Source: Octopus sinensis
Lineage: Eukaryota
Reading direction: 5' to 3'
NCBI RefSeq assembly: GCF_006345805.1
Contig: NW_021832593.1
Location: 45,590 to 109,589 of the forward strand
Length of the DNA stretch: 64,000 nucleotides
The stretch's first letter is position 1; every line of letters begins with the position of its first letter. A program made the position numbers and the translations under genes. Positions 12,791 through 26,510 of the stretch are shown here, piece after piece. Under the pieces are notes generated by a model. That model ran no database searches. It was given only the letters and a program-made list of their open reading frames with translations, and was not told the origin of the DNA.

Positions 12791-13685
12791 TTACCATGCC
12801 AGGATTAACTGCTCTTACCTTTTACACTTTTTCACGTCGATTGACCGCTTGAGGTTTGTATTGAACGTTTATTACTTCACCTGCAAATGCCTTTCATTGG
12901 CTCTAGCCATAGATTTTGGATACTCTGCCAAATATTTGCAGACGTTAATTTAAGAACTCATTATTCACGTTTTGTATCATAGTAATACCCAATTCTCGAA
13001 TGTGCTTTTCTATGTCTGTTGATGAATTTTAAGCGAGCGATAATCCTGTTTGGTTCTTACCAACTCCTTTGTGATTCTGAAAAACTGTAACTACAATACA
13101 ATACAAGAATACAGAAGGGAAAAAAACAGAGCATCGATTTGTGATCAATGTTCTTTAACAGTCTGATCGTTTTCAGGTGACTACATAAATACATTTTCTC
13201 CCACTTTGTGTCCTCATTGTTCGTTCCTTTGACGATGGGAATAAAGATCGAATATTGCTCTGGTCTTTGATTTGTTGTTTATATTCTTTACTCCTTTCAT
13301 AAGCGGCATCTTTCCCATTGACCGTCTAATAATGGACGTCTTATTTGTGTGTCGAAGTTGTCGCCTTACGAGTCTTTTATGTCCTGTTTTCTCGAGAGAA
13401 GAATTCTCTGATTTCATTAAAATGTTATTTGCTCTCTACTTTTGGTGGTCGATTATGCTAAGCAACATCTTCCTTCCCCACAAAAGTAGTTTTATGATGT
13501 TTATGCCTTTGCTTCAAACTGAAATGCAAATATTTGGAATATTCAATATCCCCCATTTAACAAATCGAAGGATCTTCACTTAATGAAAACAATGAAGAGT
13601 TACTTGCCCTTTTTTGTGGAATTGATAATGGTTCGGATTCAATTCACTAGTCCAAGGCATTTGTGTATAAATATGTATACATGTA

Positions 13686-14805
13686 TTGGACCATCCCATA
13701 AATAATGCGTTTTTTTATACATTTCTTTTTCCAAAATTAAGATAAACAAAGTTCTCTTCTAATACAAAATATACTCTCCTTCATTTTCTACAATATTCTT
13801 CCATCTATTTGGTAGATTTGCAAAGCCCCTCTTCCAAAATTGATTTGTCCGTGACGAAAAATATTCCTCCATTACTGTTCAGACCTCGACTACAGAATTC
13901 ATATTTTTTTCCAAGTGATTTTGAAGACTGCAGAATAAATGATGATCAGAAGGGGCAATGTCCGGCGAATATGGTGTGTGAGGCATTGTTTCCCAGTCAA
14001 ACTGCTCCAGCCTTTGGAATGTCATCCACGTTGTATGTGGCCCAGCATTATCCTAATGGAAGAACAGCTTTCGCCTTGAAACCAAACACGGTCGTTTTTC
14101 TTCTTTGCTGACTTAAGCCGCTGAAGCTGCTCGCAGCAGATATCTTTATTTATCGTTTGGTTTGGGTTTAAAGGTTCAAAGTGGACTAAACCTTTCATAT
14201 CCCACCAAACAGATAACAACACCTTACGTGGGTGAAGAACTTCTTTAGCCTGGGGCGCCGGTATTTCTCCTTTCCCTACCCATTGCCTTCAGCGCTTTAC
14301 ATTTTTATAGAGAACCCATTTCTCGTCACCAGTCACTAATCGGTCCGAAAAAAGTTCATTCGTGAGACGTGACAACAAAGAAGAGCACATACTCAGTCTC
14401 TGTGCGCGATTAGACTCGGAAATTTTGTGAGGAATCCATTGACCCAATTTGCTGACTTTTCCGATTGCACGCAGGTGTCGATGAATGGTTGAATGACCAA
14501 ATCCAAGCTTCTCTGCTAGTTCCTCAATGGGATTTTATTCCACCAGGATTTGCAGGATGTCCTCGTCGAACTCATAAAGCAAAATATGTCGAATGTGCTC
14601 TTTTGTCACTTCCATTATAGCTTTGAAAAAATAACTATTAAAATTGAACTGCACTCTTCAAACGTTGCACTAAGAAAGAGGAACAAGATAAAATTACTGC
14701 CCGCTTTTATAGCAAGTTGGTGCAGGTAGTTTATCCAGTCCCCCTCCGACTTTTAGTTCATGCAATTGTAAAAAAATCGCATTAATTATTTTGTCGATGA
14801 CAAAA
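13686..14805 (-). mobile_element. Mariner transposon with degenerate TIRs and an internally deleted transposase pseudogene (13759-14615)
   Basis: MEVTKEHIRHILLYEF, GQWIPHKISE, VTGDEKWVLYKN, PYSPDIAPSDHHLF, ENEGEYILY*. TIR ttggaccatcccataaataatgcg after TA 13684-85, with a diverged partner at 14770-14805. Confidence 0.92.
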
Positions 14806-14811
14806 GACATT

Positions 14812-15009
14812 AAGGCGGCGAGCGGACAGAATCGTTAACACACCGGACAAAATTCCTAGCGGCATTTTTTACATTCTGAGTTCGAATTCCGCCTTTTCAT
14901 GCGTTAGGGGTCAATAAAATAAGTACAAGTTGAGCCTTGGGACTGATGTGATCGGCGTACCCCCTGCCCCTAATTTTGCTGGCCTTGGCCCAAAATTTGA
15001 AGCCAAATA
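14812..15009 (+). mobile_element. SINE family A (A2 tail), internally deleted
   Basis: Head aaggcggcgagc, gagttcgaattcc, tail ttgctggccttggcccaaaatttgaa. Confidence 0.8.
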
Positions 15010-16376
15010 TGAAAGGGATCGTAGAGAAATAAATTCTTTCTTGTTTTGTAAGTGGATATATTTCTTCTGACACTTCGACGTAAGTAGAGTTTTAAGACGG
15101 ACATCACTTGATGTGATGGCAACCAGTTGTTTGAGGTGAGAATAAGTTTGAAAGCTGCAATAATAGAAAGACAGAGGTGACAGCATCATTTAGTTATGGT
15201 CGTTGATGTGAGTTATATATCATACTACAGGTGACAGTACGTTTCATTCTTCTAGGATCGATAAACATCAAATAAAGTCACTCATCCTCTTGTGGTTTGT
15301 ATCGGCGTTAGAAAGCATTATTAATTATATACTTTCATGCTATGAAGTCGAAACTCAGTGATGCTTGTTTTTCTTTTGTATTCTGTTAGCTTCAGCCAAG
15401 TCAAAGGAGTGTAAATTTTGTTCTGCTCCAAATGTGTTGTTTTGTTTACGAAGATAGAGTAGTGTTCATTAACAACGCTTCGTCGGGTTATTGATTTCAA
15501 CACTGCTCAACGGGTTTCAGTTTCGATGTTGACATTTAGAGGAGTGTAGAGGCTGTCATGATGTACCGTGAGGTAATTCCACAGTTGGGAACCTGAGAAC
15601 CTAAATTCCATACATGAATCAGATCGAACTCCGCTAAAGACACCAAGGGGCAGGCTCTTGTTTTATCAATGTACATTGTCGGTTGTCGGTAGAGATACAA
15701 AACAGACACATTTACATTAACATCACATTTCACTGATGTTATTTATTTCCCGTTCTTTAGGAAATTACTTGAATTTTTTCGTTTTGTTTTGTTTCGTTTT
15801 TGTTTTTACTGTTCAGCTTTTTGTTATTTTGGCCGGTTTTTTTTTTTATTGATTCATAATATTGAAACTTCGATCTTTGTTATCTCAACCTGAACACATT
15901 TTTTTTAAAAAAAAAAAAGGAATTTTTTGTAGTGTATATTTCCCTTGATCACATTTTTACGACGTGTTTCCATTTCTAGCAACCTAAAGAACTAATTAAC
16001 GACAACGTGTTCTTTGAAGATAACAATCACACTTACCATATCACCTGATTATATGTACCTGGCTGTATTCTCACAGGAGAAGGAGGAGGAGGAGGGGAGG
16101 ATGGTTGTGTGCGGTGATGGCGGTGGTGTTCTTGAGTATTCTGCGAATGGTGTCTGTGTGTATTGAGATGCGATAGTGTGTTTACGTGTGTTTTAATGGT
16201 GGTGGTGTGATTGTGTATTCTGATAGCAGTGGTGCGTTTATAAGTTCTTATTGTAATGATGTGTGTTGACAGTGGTGAAGTGTTTGTGTGTTGATGAAGG
16301 GGATACCGTCTTCAAACAGTGGTCGTATTGGTGTGTTAGTGCTCTCTCTCTCTCTCTCTCACTCACTCTCTCTTTC

Positions 16377-16419
<43 letters not shown>

Positions 16420-17022
16420 CTGCTTTTACTCCCAAACCCAATATATGCAGTATTCTCGTTAATTCCGAGTTATTTGTAACATTCATTGCTGCAGCTAGAG
16501 AGGATATGTTGTTTTCTCTCCCTCTCTATTCTTCGACAACAATCTTTACTCGTTTTTCTACCAAATATAGATATTTATCCTGATCAAATTCTATTCCTAT
16601 GTTGCGACCAGTTGTAACCTTATCTTGGTATCAGGGATAATTACTCCACAACAGATTCAGGACATGAGCAAAGAAAAAAGGTGTTGTCATTAATTTTCTT
16701 GTCCTCTGTAGAACCTTATCGGTAGATTTAAAATATCCTTCACTTGACGGTTAAGTTGGCAGGACCAAAAGAATTATAGAGGAAATATCAGCTGGGAATA
16801 TTCTTGAAAATAAACTAATTTTGTCTTTATTATAGTGACTTCCGTTCTTATTGTTGCCAGCTTTTTTTAATAGCATCAGCTCTAACAGATGGAAACTTGG
16901 CAAGATGTAGCGTCTCTAATATAAAAGTAGGACAGAATGAAACACATTCTTAAAGTGAAAGTTTACAATTAGTAAACATCGGCGATGTTGCTTCTCTTTC
17001 TTAAAGACAGGGTGTTTAGTTT

Positions 17023-17023
17023 T

Positions 17024-17108
<85 letters not shown>
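17023..17108. repeat. (TAG)n microsatellite
   Basis: Direct reading. Confidence 0.97.
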
Positions 17109-17117
<9 letters not shown>

Positions 17118-17519
17118 GGAATGTGTGCCCTAGAAGTGAAAGTCGAAGTAGAAGGTGGATAAAACTTAATGCAGAAGAGCAATAATACATGGAACACCTC
17201 TCATCAGCAATGGAGACAACAATCAACGTAGTTTCGTCGCGCTGAAGTTCGAAGAATTCAAATTCCATGCTACAACTCTTCGAACTGATAGAGGCGGCGA
17301 AACTGAAAAAATAATTCTAAAATATAGAGGCGATCAAAATACGAGAGACGATATATCTGTCTGCAACAGTGTGTTTGGTCTGCGAGAAGGCATGTGTATT
17401 TATATTTCTTCGTGCGCACATGTATGTGTGTGTGCGCTTATGCACACACAGAGATATATATTCATATGCACATATATATGCATGCTCGCTGATAGGTAAT
17501 AAGGTATGTAGTTAGCCTG

Positions 17520-17812
17520 GTAGGTATGTCGGTAGGTAGATAGGTAGGTAGGTAGGTAGGTAGGTAGGTAGGAAGGTAGGAAGGTAGGTAGGTAGGTAGG
17601 TAGGTAGTAGGTAGGTATGTAGGTAGGTATGCAGGTAGGTAGGTAGGTAGGTAGGTAGGTATGTATGTATGTAGGTAGGTAGGTAGGTAGGTAGGTAGGT
17701 AGGTAGGTAGGTAGGTAGGTATGCAGGTAGGTAGATAGGTATGTAGGTAGGTAGGTAGGTATGTAGGTAGGTAGGTAGGTAGGTAGGTAGGTAGGTAGAT
17801 AGGTAGGTATGC
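17520..17812. repeat. (TAGG)n microsatellite
   Basis: Direct reading. Confidence 0.96.
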
Positions 17813-19782
17813 AGGTGTGAATAATTCGGATGTTCAAGGAAGGTAGTCTTCTATCATTATAGATTGCAATTATACCATCGATAATTCTATTGTGAAACGT
17901 TCATCTGTAATTATCTAAAAACCTACATTTAATTGTCTAATTACACTGATGAAATGGAAATTATATTTACCATTAACAGGCAATGGTGATATAGCAGCGA
18001 TGGCGGCGGATGGGGTTGCTGTAAAGTGTAATAGAAATGCATTGAGATAATATCAACAACAACAAGAACAACGACGACGACGACGATAATAATTATAATA
18101 ATTAGACTTGCATTTCGATGTTGATGGAGACGGTGTTGGGGACATGGTTGCCAGTGGCGGGAAAGATGTATTGGGTAATGTTGTTGGCCGGAAGTCGTGC
18201 CGTTGTGGTTGACGACGTTGCTAATGCTTACGTAGTCTGACAGTGGTGACGAGTTTGTTGATGGAAAATGTTGTCTTGCTAACACTGTTGTTTGTTTATT
18301 TTCACGGTTGATGATGTTGAAGTTTGTGTTGTTTAGCTCTAAATCATTTCTGATCAATCATAAGTATTACCACAAGCGCTCCAGCCATGACCGTCTTATC
18401 TATTTTCATATACGCGGAGAACTGCCACCCGTATTCGCCAGCTTGTCTTGTTTTCAAGACGGTGGATGCGGAGTAAGAGAATTTAGCAGCCATTTCTAGC
18501 AATCAAAGAGTCTACGTTGAGGCTTCGTGATTGACGAGGGATGTGTAGACCACTAAATGGCTGGTTTATCGTTATTACAGATGGGGCTGGGTTGTTATTA
18601 TTTAACCCTAGGTCAGCCCTGATCAAATCAACCTGACATCAATATCATGAATCTTTCCTGTTTTGTAAAGACAGTATACAGTTTGTTAGTAATTTGGCTG
18701 CTATTTCTAGCAAGTCTGGCGATAAGGTGCAGTGGCCCCTTTTTTCCGCGTTGTGTTGGATGGGGAAGTTTCTGTTGGTCGATAATTTTGGACGGAGAAT
18801 AATAATGGTTTCTATGGTGCTTGGAGGAAATGGCGCCAATTAATTGGTAGAAAGGTATAATAATGGTGACAGATTGCTATGGTTGTGGTGGCAGTGGTGG
18901 TGGCAGGGGTGATGGTGGTCGTGGCAGTCGTGGTGGTGGTGGTGGTTGTTCTGGAAGCGGTGGTAGGTGATGATTGTGGTGGCGGTGGAATTGTGCTGGT
19001 GATGGTGGTCGTGGTGGCGGGAGTGGTGGTATGATGGGAGTGTTTTTCGAATCAATGAGTTACACAAAAGTATATCAGAAACGAAGAGAGGCCATTTATT
19101 AAAATCTGATTGTAATTAGAAACAAATCAAATAAGTTTATTTCTTAACTCTATTTTATTTTAAAATTTTAATTTTGGAAATTAATTCCAATAACATAGAA
19201 TATCAATTTAGAAAACTACCATTTCCCAACCATCCTTTCATATTCCGTCCTGTAATTTGCCTTTTTTCACCATTTTTAAATGTATCGACACTAAGAAATT
19301 ATTTCTTTACTGTGGCATATTGGAAGCGATTTACCAATTATTTCATTTCTTAAAGTGTTACTTCTCAATTCTTTTGTTTCATTTCAAAGGTTTCGCCTCC
19401 TCGCTACTTCCGCACTTAAACCAATTTCAATTTAACACTATTTCAATTTAGTTCACATTAGCAACGAATATTGCCGCTGCTTCTATTCAAGTACAACTCA
19501 ACCGTTCTTCTGCCTTTCAGCTTCTCCCGCAGCAACTCTCTCTATCTCCCTCCTTCTCTCTCTTTTTCTCTCTCCCCTTCTCTCCCTCTCTTTCTATTCA
19601 ATAATTTCTCTATTGTCTATCCCTCATCTCTCTCTTTCTCTCTCTCTCTCTTTAATTATCTATCTGATCTTATCTCTTACCATTAATTTCTATCTCTTTA
19701 TCTATCTCCATTTCAATCTTTCTCTTTCTACCTATCAACCTCTCTGTCTATCTCTGCTTATCTCTCTCTCTCCCTCTCTCTA

Positions 19783-19823
<41 letters not shown>

Positions 19824-20125
19824 GTAATTAACTCTCTCTCTAGCTCTTTATCCCTCACTCTCCATCTCCTTCTCTCTCTCTCTCTCACACACACATACAC
19901 ACATTGTAGTAACTCGTATCTAGACAGACACATACGCGCACATGCGTATAAACACATAGAAACATACACACACACAACTACATACACACACACGCATATC
20001 GCTTGCTTTACAGGTTTATCTACACGAGTACACTAAACATGCAATGAATAAAGGACTCAATACAGGTACTAGACTAAAAATTAAATACTATTCTTACTAT
20101 CGATGGTGACTGTCTTACATCCTAG

Positions 20126-20202
20126 TTTCACCGATACCAGCTTCCCCAAAACAGCGTTTGGTCAGACAAAATTCACTTGATATGGAGGAAGAAAAATTAT
20201 AG
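20126..20202 (+). other. Weak candidate terminal coding exon (..SPIPASPKQRLVRQNSLDMEEEKL*)
   Basis: Acceptor gtcttacatcctag|20126; natural-looking peptide; no homology established. Confidence 0.15.
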
Positions 20203-20456
20203 AAAGTAGATGTACTGGATGGAAGCAGTAAACGGAATAAAGTCGGGCTGCAGGAATGGATGAAAATTAGAGAAATATCCTCATACTGAGCGTTTGCAAA
20301 AAAAAATCTCGTCCAGTAAGGTGTGTTATGCGTGTATACACACACACATACATACATACACCACTCATATATAAACACATACAAACGCATATATATACAT
20401 ATACATAAATATATATATAGATACACATACACATATATACATATATAGTTATACAT

Positions 20457-20625
20457 ATAGGGAGAATTCACAAAAAAGACAAAAGTCGAAGACAGGTGGT
20501 GTAGACAACAAACAGATATATTAGTTTAACGCTCAGGAAGGGGAAAAGTCTTAAACGTTTCGAACCTACGCTCTTCCACAGAAAGAAACACAGAAAGAAG
20601 CAAGGAGAGAAAATAAAGAATATGT
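20457..20625 (-). mobile_element. Penelope-type terminal repeat with a degenerate hammerhead core; truncated related copy at 49215-49295
   Basis: Minus strand ...tttCTGTGGA-a-gagc-gtag-gttc-GAAAcgt... The end gtcttcg..ttttgtgaattctccctata is shared with 49215-49295. Confidence 0.6.
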
Positions 20626-20983
20626 AGATATATAGATACATACCTGCACACCTACTTACATATATACACACATACATGAATGTATATACATACGAGGGAA
20701 TGTATATGCTTAATCGGTGTGCATTCAAAGCAAAGATTAGTAAATTCACGAAACCGGTAAGCTTTTGAATCTCTTTAACAAATCACAATAATGACTTTTA
20801 TTACTTTTATTCCTACCTCAGTTCATCTAGTTGTATATATCTATCGTTACTTTTCATAAATAACCTTTACTTTTTTTGATTTCCAATGTGCATTTTCGTT
20901 TATTTTTCTTCTTACTTTCCCGTTACTTTTCCACGTGTAGTTTCTATGTTCTTTTTGTAACATATTACTATTTTATATTTTAT

Positions 20984-21155
20984 ATGTTGTTGAAATTTTC
21001 TTCTAGGTTCTATATGCTGCATAAGAATTTATTATGATGGGTCATGAAGAGGCATTTTTAAGGGGCTTTAAAATATTGGTCGTCCACGGTGTGAAGAGAA
21101 TGCATAAATTGATTATAACATACATACATACATACATACATACATACGTATATAT

Positions 21156-21217
<62 letters not shown>

Positions 21218-21418
21218 CTTATGTATGTATGTATGTATGTATGTATGTATGTATGTATGTATGTATGTATGTATATATGTATGTTATAATCAATTCATGC
21301 ATCCTCTTCACACCATGGACGACCAATATTTGAAAGCCCCTTAAAAATGCCTCTTCATGACCCATCATAATAAATTCTTGTGCAGCATATAGAACCTAGA
21401 AGCAAATTTCAACAACAT
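20984..21418. mobile_element. Foldback/MITE-like element with ~135-bp inverted arms around a (TACA)n-(TA)n-(TATG)n core
   Basis: 20984-21119 is the reverse complement of about 21283-21418 with about 6 mismatches. Confidence 0.88.
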
Positions 21419-22239
21419 TTCTCTTGTTCACACTTATTTTCGTTATATTCCCTGCCTCTGTTTTCCCATCAAATCTAAACTTTGAAGTTTTAAGAATCAC
21501 ACAAAACTTTTCCGAGAGCGAAATGAACTCAAGAAGTGATAGCATAAAAATTCTTGCTGTGTGAAAGTTGCGTGTTAATTTCTGAAGTAACGTTGTCATT
21601 TCTTTCCGATTGAATGAAATGTGGGTGATTAAACTGAAACTGGCATTTCACTAATTCTCATTAATTAACTTAGAGTGTTAAAATGTAATTAGTTTCAACA
21701 TAGTGGAATTTGAGATATGAAATTTACCAAATTAGATTGCAGCACTATGGATTCTAATATTGTGCTGCTTTGGTAATTTCTGTCTTTGAACGTCACACAA
21801 AAATAGATTATTGTACCATTTCGTCTCAGAACAGAGAATCGGAGATGTGTTTCCGACATCCTTATCCAGTTACTATTAGGAAACATGGAAGTGTAATATT
21901 CACACCTTTCGAGTGTTTTGAAGGTGTAAGGGAAGTGAATAGAGACGAATCGCTGACAGCTCTTCTCATTTATCTTACTGCTCACACAGATTTCGTTACC
22001 TTGACCAGAATTACAAGAAAATTGCCTTGAGAGGTTGAAAATAGCACAATATACTAGGCTTCTCGGATGGGAATCAAAAAGCGGCTTGCGCTTCGGTTCT
22101 CACATGTAGGTTTATCCGTTTTGGATTTCTTTTGAGGTTTACTGGAGTAAGAGAGCGAATGCACAATATCGTGTAAATAAGCGGGCAAATGAGAGAGAGA
22201 CACGAAATAATGGTTTGTATATTACGTTAGTATAAATTT

Positions 22240-22556
22240 AAAAGGCGGCGAGCAACCGGGGTCGAGGTAATTGACTTACTCTCTCCTCGGAAATTGCTGT
22301 CCTTGTGCCAAAATTTGAATTCAATTTTGTTAATTAAATGCTGCGAGCTGGCAAAAATCTTTAGCATGCCGGACGAAATGCTAAGCAACATTTCGTCCGT
22401 CTTTACGTTTTGAGTTCAAGTTCCGTAGAAGTCGATTTTGCTTTACATCCTTTCAGAGTCGATAAAATAAGTACCAGTTGAACACTGGAGTCGATGTAAT
22501 TGATTTACCCCTCCCCCAAAATTACTGGCCTTGTGCCAAAATTAGAAGCCAATATT
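22240..22556 (+). mobile_element. Two adjacent family-A (A2) SINEs: 22240-22325 (deleted) and 22338-22556
   Basis: Shared head, body and ttgtgccaaaatt tail motifs. Confidence 0.8.
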
Positions 22557-23551
22557 ATGCTAATTCTTAATTTTCCAGCAAAGTGAATATTTAATTTTTT
22601 TTTTGCGGGGGTGGTTTCATTCCCAGTTGAAGTAAATCAATGTCATCTTCGTATGTTGCCGTTGTGTCGTGATGAAATTTGCTTTTTAAAACCACCTGGC
22701 TAAAGGTTCGATCGCAGGTACCTCGGGTAAATATTTTTTTTAATAAAATTTCATCTCAACCGAAGACTTCAGATTGAAATTAGATGGACAGAAACGGTGC
22801 AGACGCCTGTCGAATGAATCTCTTTTGTCATTAAATGCTGGACATTATCCGCTGTCCGGCTTAACACCAGCGAATGCTCGGTAGATACATTTGGCAGAGT
22901 CCATTGTTTTGCACATGTTTTCTCTAGTTCTCCGCTCAGATGATACTTCCTCCCTTCCTTCAACCAGTCTTCGAATTATGGACCCTGTCCACCATCCTAA
23001 TCTTAAGCTGCTCATGAGAAACAAACCTGAAACCAATGTGGACGACACACTTCGGAAAGCTCTGAAATCACACGCGATTATTTCTTCCTCTTATAACGAT
23101 GTAACTTTCAACTCTAATTTCAAATCAGTTCGCCCTTATTCTGCTTTAGTCACCTTAAAAACTTTAAATCATAAATCATTGATTTATTGGAACAGATTTC
23201 ATTAGTTTTTAGACACAAAACTTCAAGTTCTGTGTAGATAAATTACTGAAACAGCAAATGCATTTAATGTTTTCGCTTCCATTACATATTCGCTATTGGA
23301 TGCATAAATCATGTGACCATTGTAATCTCGACATGAATTAAAATCACATTCCGAACTGCATAAATTTATGTCACGGAAGAGTGAAACCGTAACGAACAGA
23401 TGCCACGAAACGCTCACGAAATATATTCGGTGGCCAAATAAATTCTTTCGTTTTTGAGGTATTTCCCTTTTTTTTTTTTTTGCTTCCTTTTGTTAACTCT
23501 TTCCAATGTTATTTGAATTAACGTGAAAAATATTTTTATCGAAGTATTTCA

Positions 23552-23689
23552 TAGGCGTAGCTGCGTAGTAAGAAGCTTGCTTGCCAACCGTATGGTTGGG
23601 TATTCTGGGCAAATATCGTCAACTATAGCCCAGGGTCGACCAAAGCTTTGCGAGTGGAGTTGGTAGACGGAATCTGAAAGAAAACCATC

Positions 23690-23724
<35 letters not shown>

Positions 23725-24345
23725 TGTGTCTGTGTGTGTGTGTGTGTGTCTGTGTGTGTGTGTGTGTGCCTGTGTGTGTGAGAAGACGCATAGCCTAGTG
23801 GTTAGAGAGTTGCACTCGCGATCGCGAGATCATGGTTTCAATTCCTAGAGCGGGCGTTGCGTTGTGTTCTCGAGGAGAGCACTTTATCTCGTGTTGCTCT
23901 GTGATCTCTTCGGCACCTGATGTGTGGCACACCTGTGCACCTGTTCAGACAACATCGATTTAAAGGAGAGGGAGCGAGCTAATGTACAGAACGGACATTT
24001 GATCACAATAAACGAATCATTTGTGCAGGTCGTTCGGCAAAGGCCGAACACTCATATGTTGTCTCCAACGGCAGAGTTCATCGTGTGTGTGTATGTGTGC
24101 GTGTGTTTGTGTGTATGTGTGTGTGTGTCTGTGTGTGTGTCTTTGAGTCTGTTTTTGTCCCCACTACTACCACCACTTGACAGCCGGTGTTTGCGTGTTT
24201 ACATCCACGTAACCTAGTGGTTCGGCCCAAAACACCAATAGAACAAGTACTAGGTTTTGGAGTCGACTCATTCGAATGAAAAATATTTTAGGCGATGCCC
24301 CAGCCTGACCACAGTCTAATGAGTGAAACAAGTAAAACAAAATGA
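23552..24345 (+). mobile_element. Diverged family-B SINE interrupted by a third tRNA-derived SINE (family C, about 23784-24080)
   Basis: B 5' half at 23552-23700 and B 3' half at 24130-24345. The insert has A-box tagcctagtgg and B-box ggtttcaattcc. Confidence 0.75.
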
Positions 24346-24416
24346 GAGAAAAGATTTCTTTGTAGCTCCATTCTTCTTCGAGAACCCTTTTTTATATAGT
24401 TTTTACCTCTTTTTAG

Positions 24417-24674
24417 GCATTTGTCAGAGAACCAGATAGAAATAAACGAATGAATTTATCTGACGATTCAATCTATAACTTAGGAATCTGTAAAGTTTCC
24501 AACAATTCAGATCGATGTTGTAAAAGACGACATTCAAATTCATGTTGGCAGCAATTTTATAGCCTTTTTTTCTTTTTTATTATTATTTGTTATATTTTTT
24601 TTTACTTCTTTAACAAAAATTCAAACTATAAAATCAGCGATTCCACAGCAAAACATATAACAGCCTCGTTTTAG
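24417..24674 (+). other. Weak candidate terminal exon, 85 aa with a hydrophobic segment
   Basis: Acceptor ttttacctctttttag|24417, in frame with the supplied ORF 24450-24674 (AFVREPDRNKRMNLSDD...RCCKRRHSNSCWQQFYSLFFFFIIICYIFF...). Confidence 0.2.
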
Positions 24675-24731
24675 CGAACAGCTGTCAAATCATCAAAGTT
24701 AGCTACGTGATGATTTAGCTGTTTTGTGAAT

Positions 24732-24734
<3 letters not shown>

Positions 24735-24779
<45 letters not shown>

Positions 24780-24945
24780 GACGAAAACAACAACAGCAAC
24801 AACAATAACAACAATAACAATAATAATAATAATAATAATAATAATATAATAATAGAAGAAAGAAGAAGAAGAAGAAGAAGAAGAAGAAGAAGAAGAAGAA
24901 GAAGAAGAAGAAGAAGAAGAAGAAGAAGAAGAAGAAGAATAATAT
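24735..24945. repeat. Compound (AAT)n-(AAC)n-(AAT)n-(AAG)n microsatellite
   Basis: Direct reading. Confidence 0.96.
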
Positions 24946-25479
24946 GACGACAACAACAACAGTAGCAATAAAACTCTGGAGCTATCTAATTTTCCAACGT
25001 AAAAAGCAGAAACATTTCAAACAACTGACTCTGTGACACATATCATTTTTTTTTCTTTCATTTTGCCGTATTTCAAAATCTATTTCGGAATATTTATTAA
25101 TGAAGTTAAAAAAAAAAGAAACAATTGAAAGGAAATTGAAAAAAAAAAAATTAAAAAATGATAGCTACGAACGTCTGCAACAGTTATATCTGTCATTGAT
25201 ATCATTGACAGAAGGTTTCGTTTTCAATTTCAGAACCATATTTCCCTGATATTTTGATATTTCACAGATGGTATTGACGCAACCAAAAATGATAAATTTA
25301 GTATCGGCAAACCTGTACGAACAGTTCTTATTGATAAGAGAAGGTAACAACTTGGAATATAAAAAGACGAACAAAATTGATAAAAACTATTTATACAGCC
25401 ATATAAAATATTTCTCTTGACTCATCCTTAAATTTCTAACTGTTTAACACTAGTGTTTAAATGTTAGATATTCTATATT

Positions 25480-26510
25480 CTATAGTCATCACTATGATAT
25501 TACTGTATACTGTATCCTAATGATAACGATAGCTTATACAGTAATATTTATTTTCTATAACTACCACAGTGATATTACTGTGGTACCATTATATTCTTTA
25601 ATCACCACAGTGATCTTACTGCGGTATCAATGTATATTCTATAATTACCACAGTAATATTACTGTATATGCTATCGTTATCTTTGAGATATCATTGTTAC
25701 AGTTATCTTTAAAATATTATATGTTAAAATTATCATTGTGATATCATTGCATACGCCATAGTTATTGCAGTGATATCAATGTACATACCATACTTATCAC
25801 CGTGATATTACTGTATATGCTATACTTACCAAATATATCACTATATATGCTATAGCTACCATTATATTCCATGCTTATTACTGCTTAAACTATAGTCATA
25901 TCAGTGACGTCACTATATAGTTATACAAAAGGGCGACGAGCTGGCAGACACGTTAGCGCGCCGGGCGAAATGCTTAGCGGTATTTCGTCTGTCGTTACGT
26001 TCTGAGTTCAAATTTCGCCGAGGTCGACTTTGTCTTTCATCCTTTCGGGGTCGATAAAAAATGTACCAGATACGCACTGGGGTCGATGTAATTGGCTTAA
26101 TCCCTTTATCAGTCCTTGTTTGTCCCCTGTATGTTTAGCCCCTTGTGGGCAATAAAGAAATATATATAGTTATACGAAAGATATCTCGGAGATAACACTT
26201 CATATGCCACAATTATCACATTGGTGTTACAGTGTATGCTATTTGTGTCACAGTAGTATCACTGCTGCATATACTATAGTTATCAAACTGATATTTCTGT
26301 GTGTGCTACAATTAGCCCTGTGATATTATTTTATGTGCTATAGTTACCATAGTGATATTATTGTATCTAGTATATTTGTCACAGCGGTATCACTATAAAA
26401 CACAGATATCAAAATCATATCCTTGTATATACCATACTTAGTATAGTGATATCACTTTATATACTACAGTTATATGTGATTTCACTGTATATGCTATAAT
26501 TATCACTGTT
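25480..26510. repeat. Degenerate ~32-bp minisatellite with palindromic core CAGTGATATCACTG
   Basis: Recurrent variants of tatatgctatagttatcacagtgatatcactg on both sides of the inserted SINE. Confidence 0.7.
25931..26162 (+). mobile_element. SINE family A (A1), full length, with 13-bp TSD
   Basis: tatatagttatac at 25914-25926 and 26163-26175. Confidence 0.93.

Noticed and set aside
17275-17302. LRTDRGGE, resembling copia integrase
   Set aside because: Spacing to the upstream FxxFK is wrong and no other copia motifs or LTRs are present.
21720-21780. Hairpin gcagcac...gtgctgc resembling miR-15/16 arms
   Set aside because: Stem too short, with a 7-nt bulge; similarity limited to about 12 nt.
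22845-23417. Short natural-looking ORFs on both strands (22891-23205 +, 23223-23417 -)
   Set aside because: No recognisable domain; competing splice interpretations on opposite strands.
25480-26510. CRISPR-like repeat-spacer array
   Set aside because: Units are contiguous and degenerate with no unique spacers; eukaryotic context with no cas genes.
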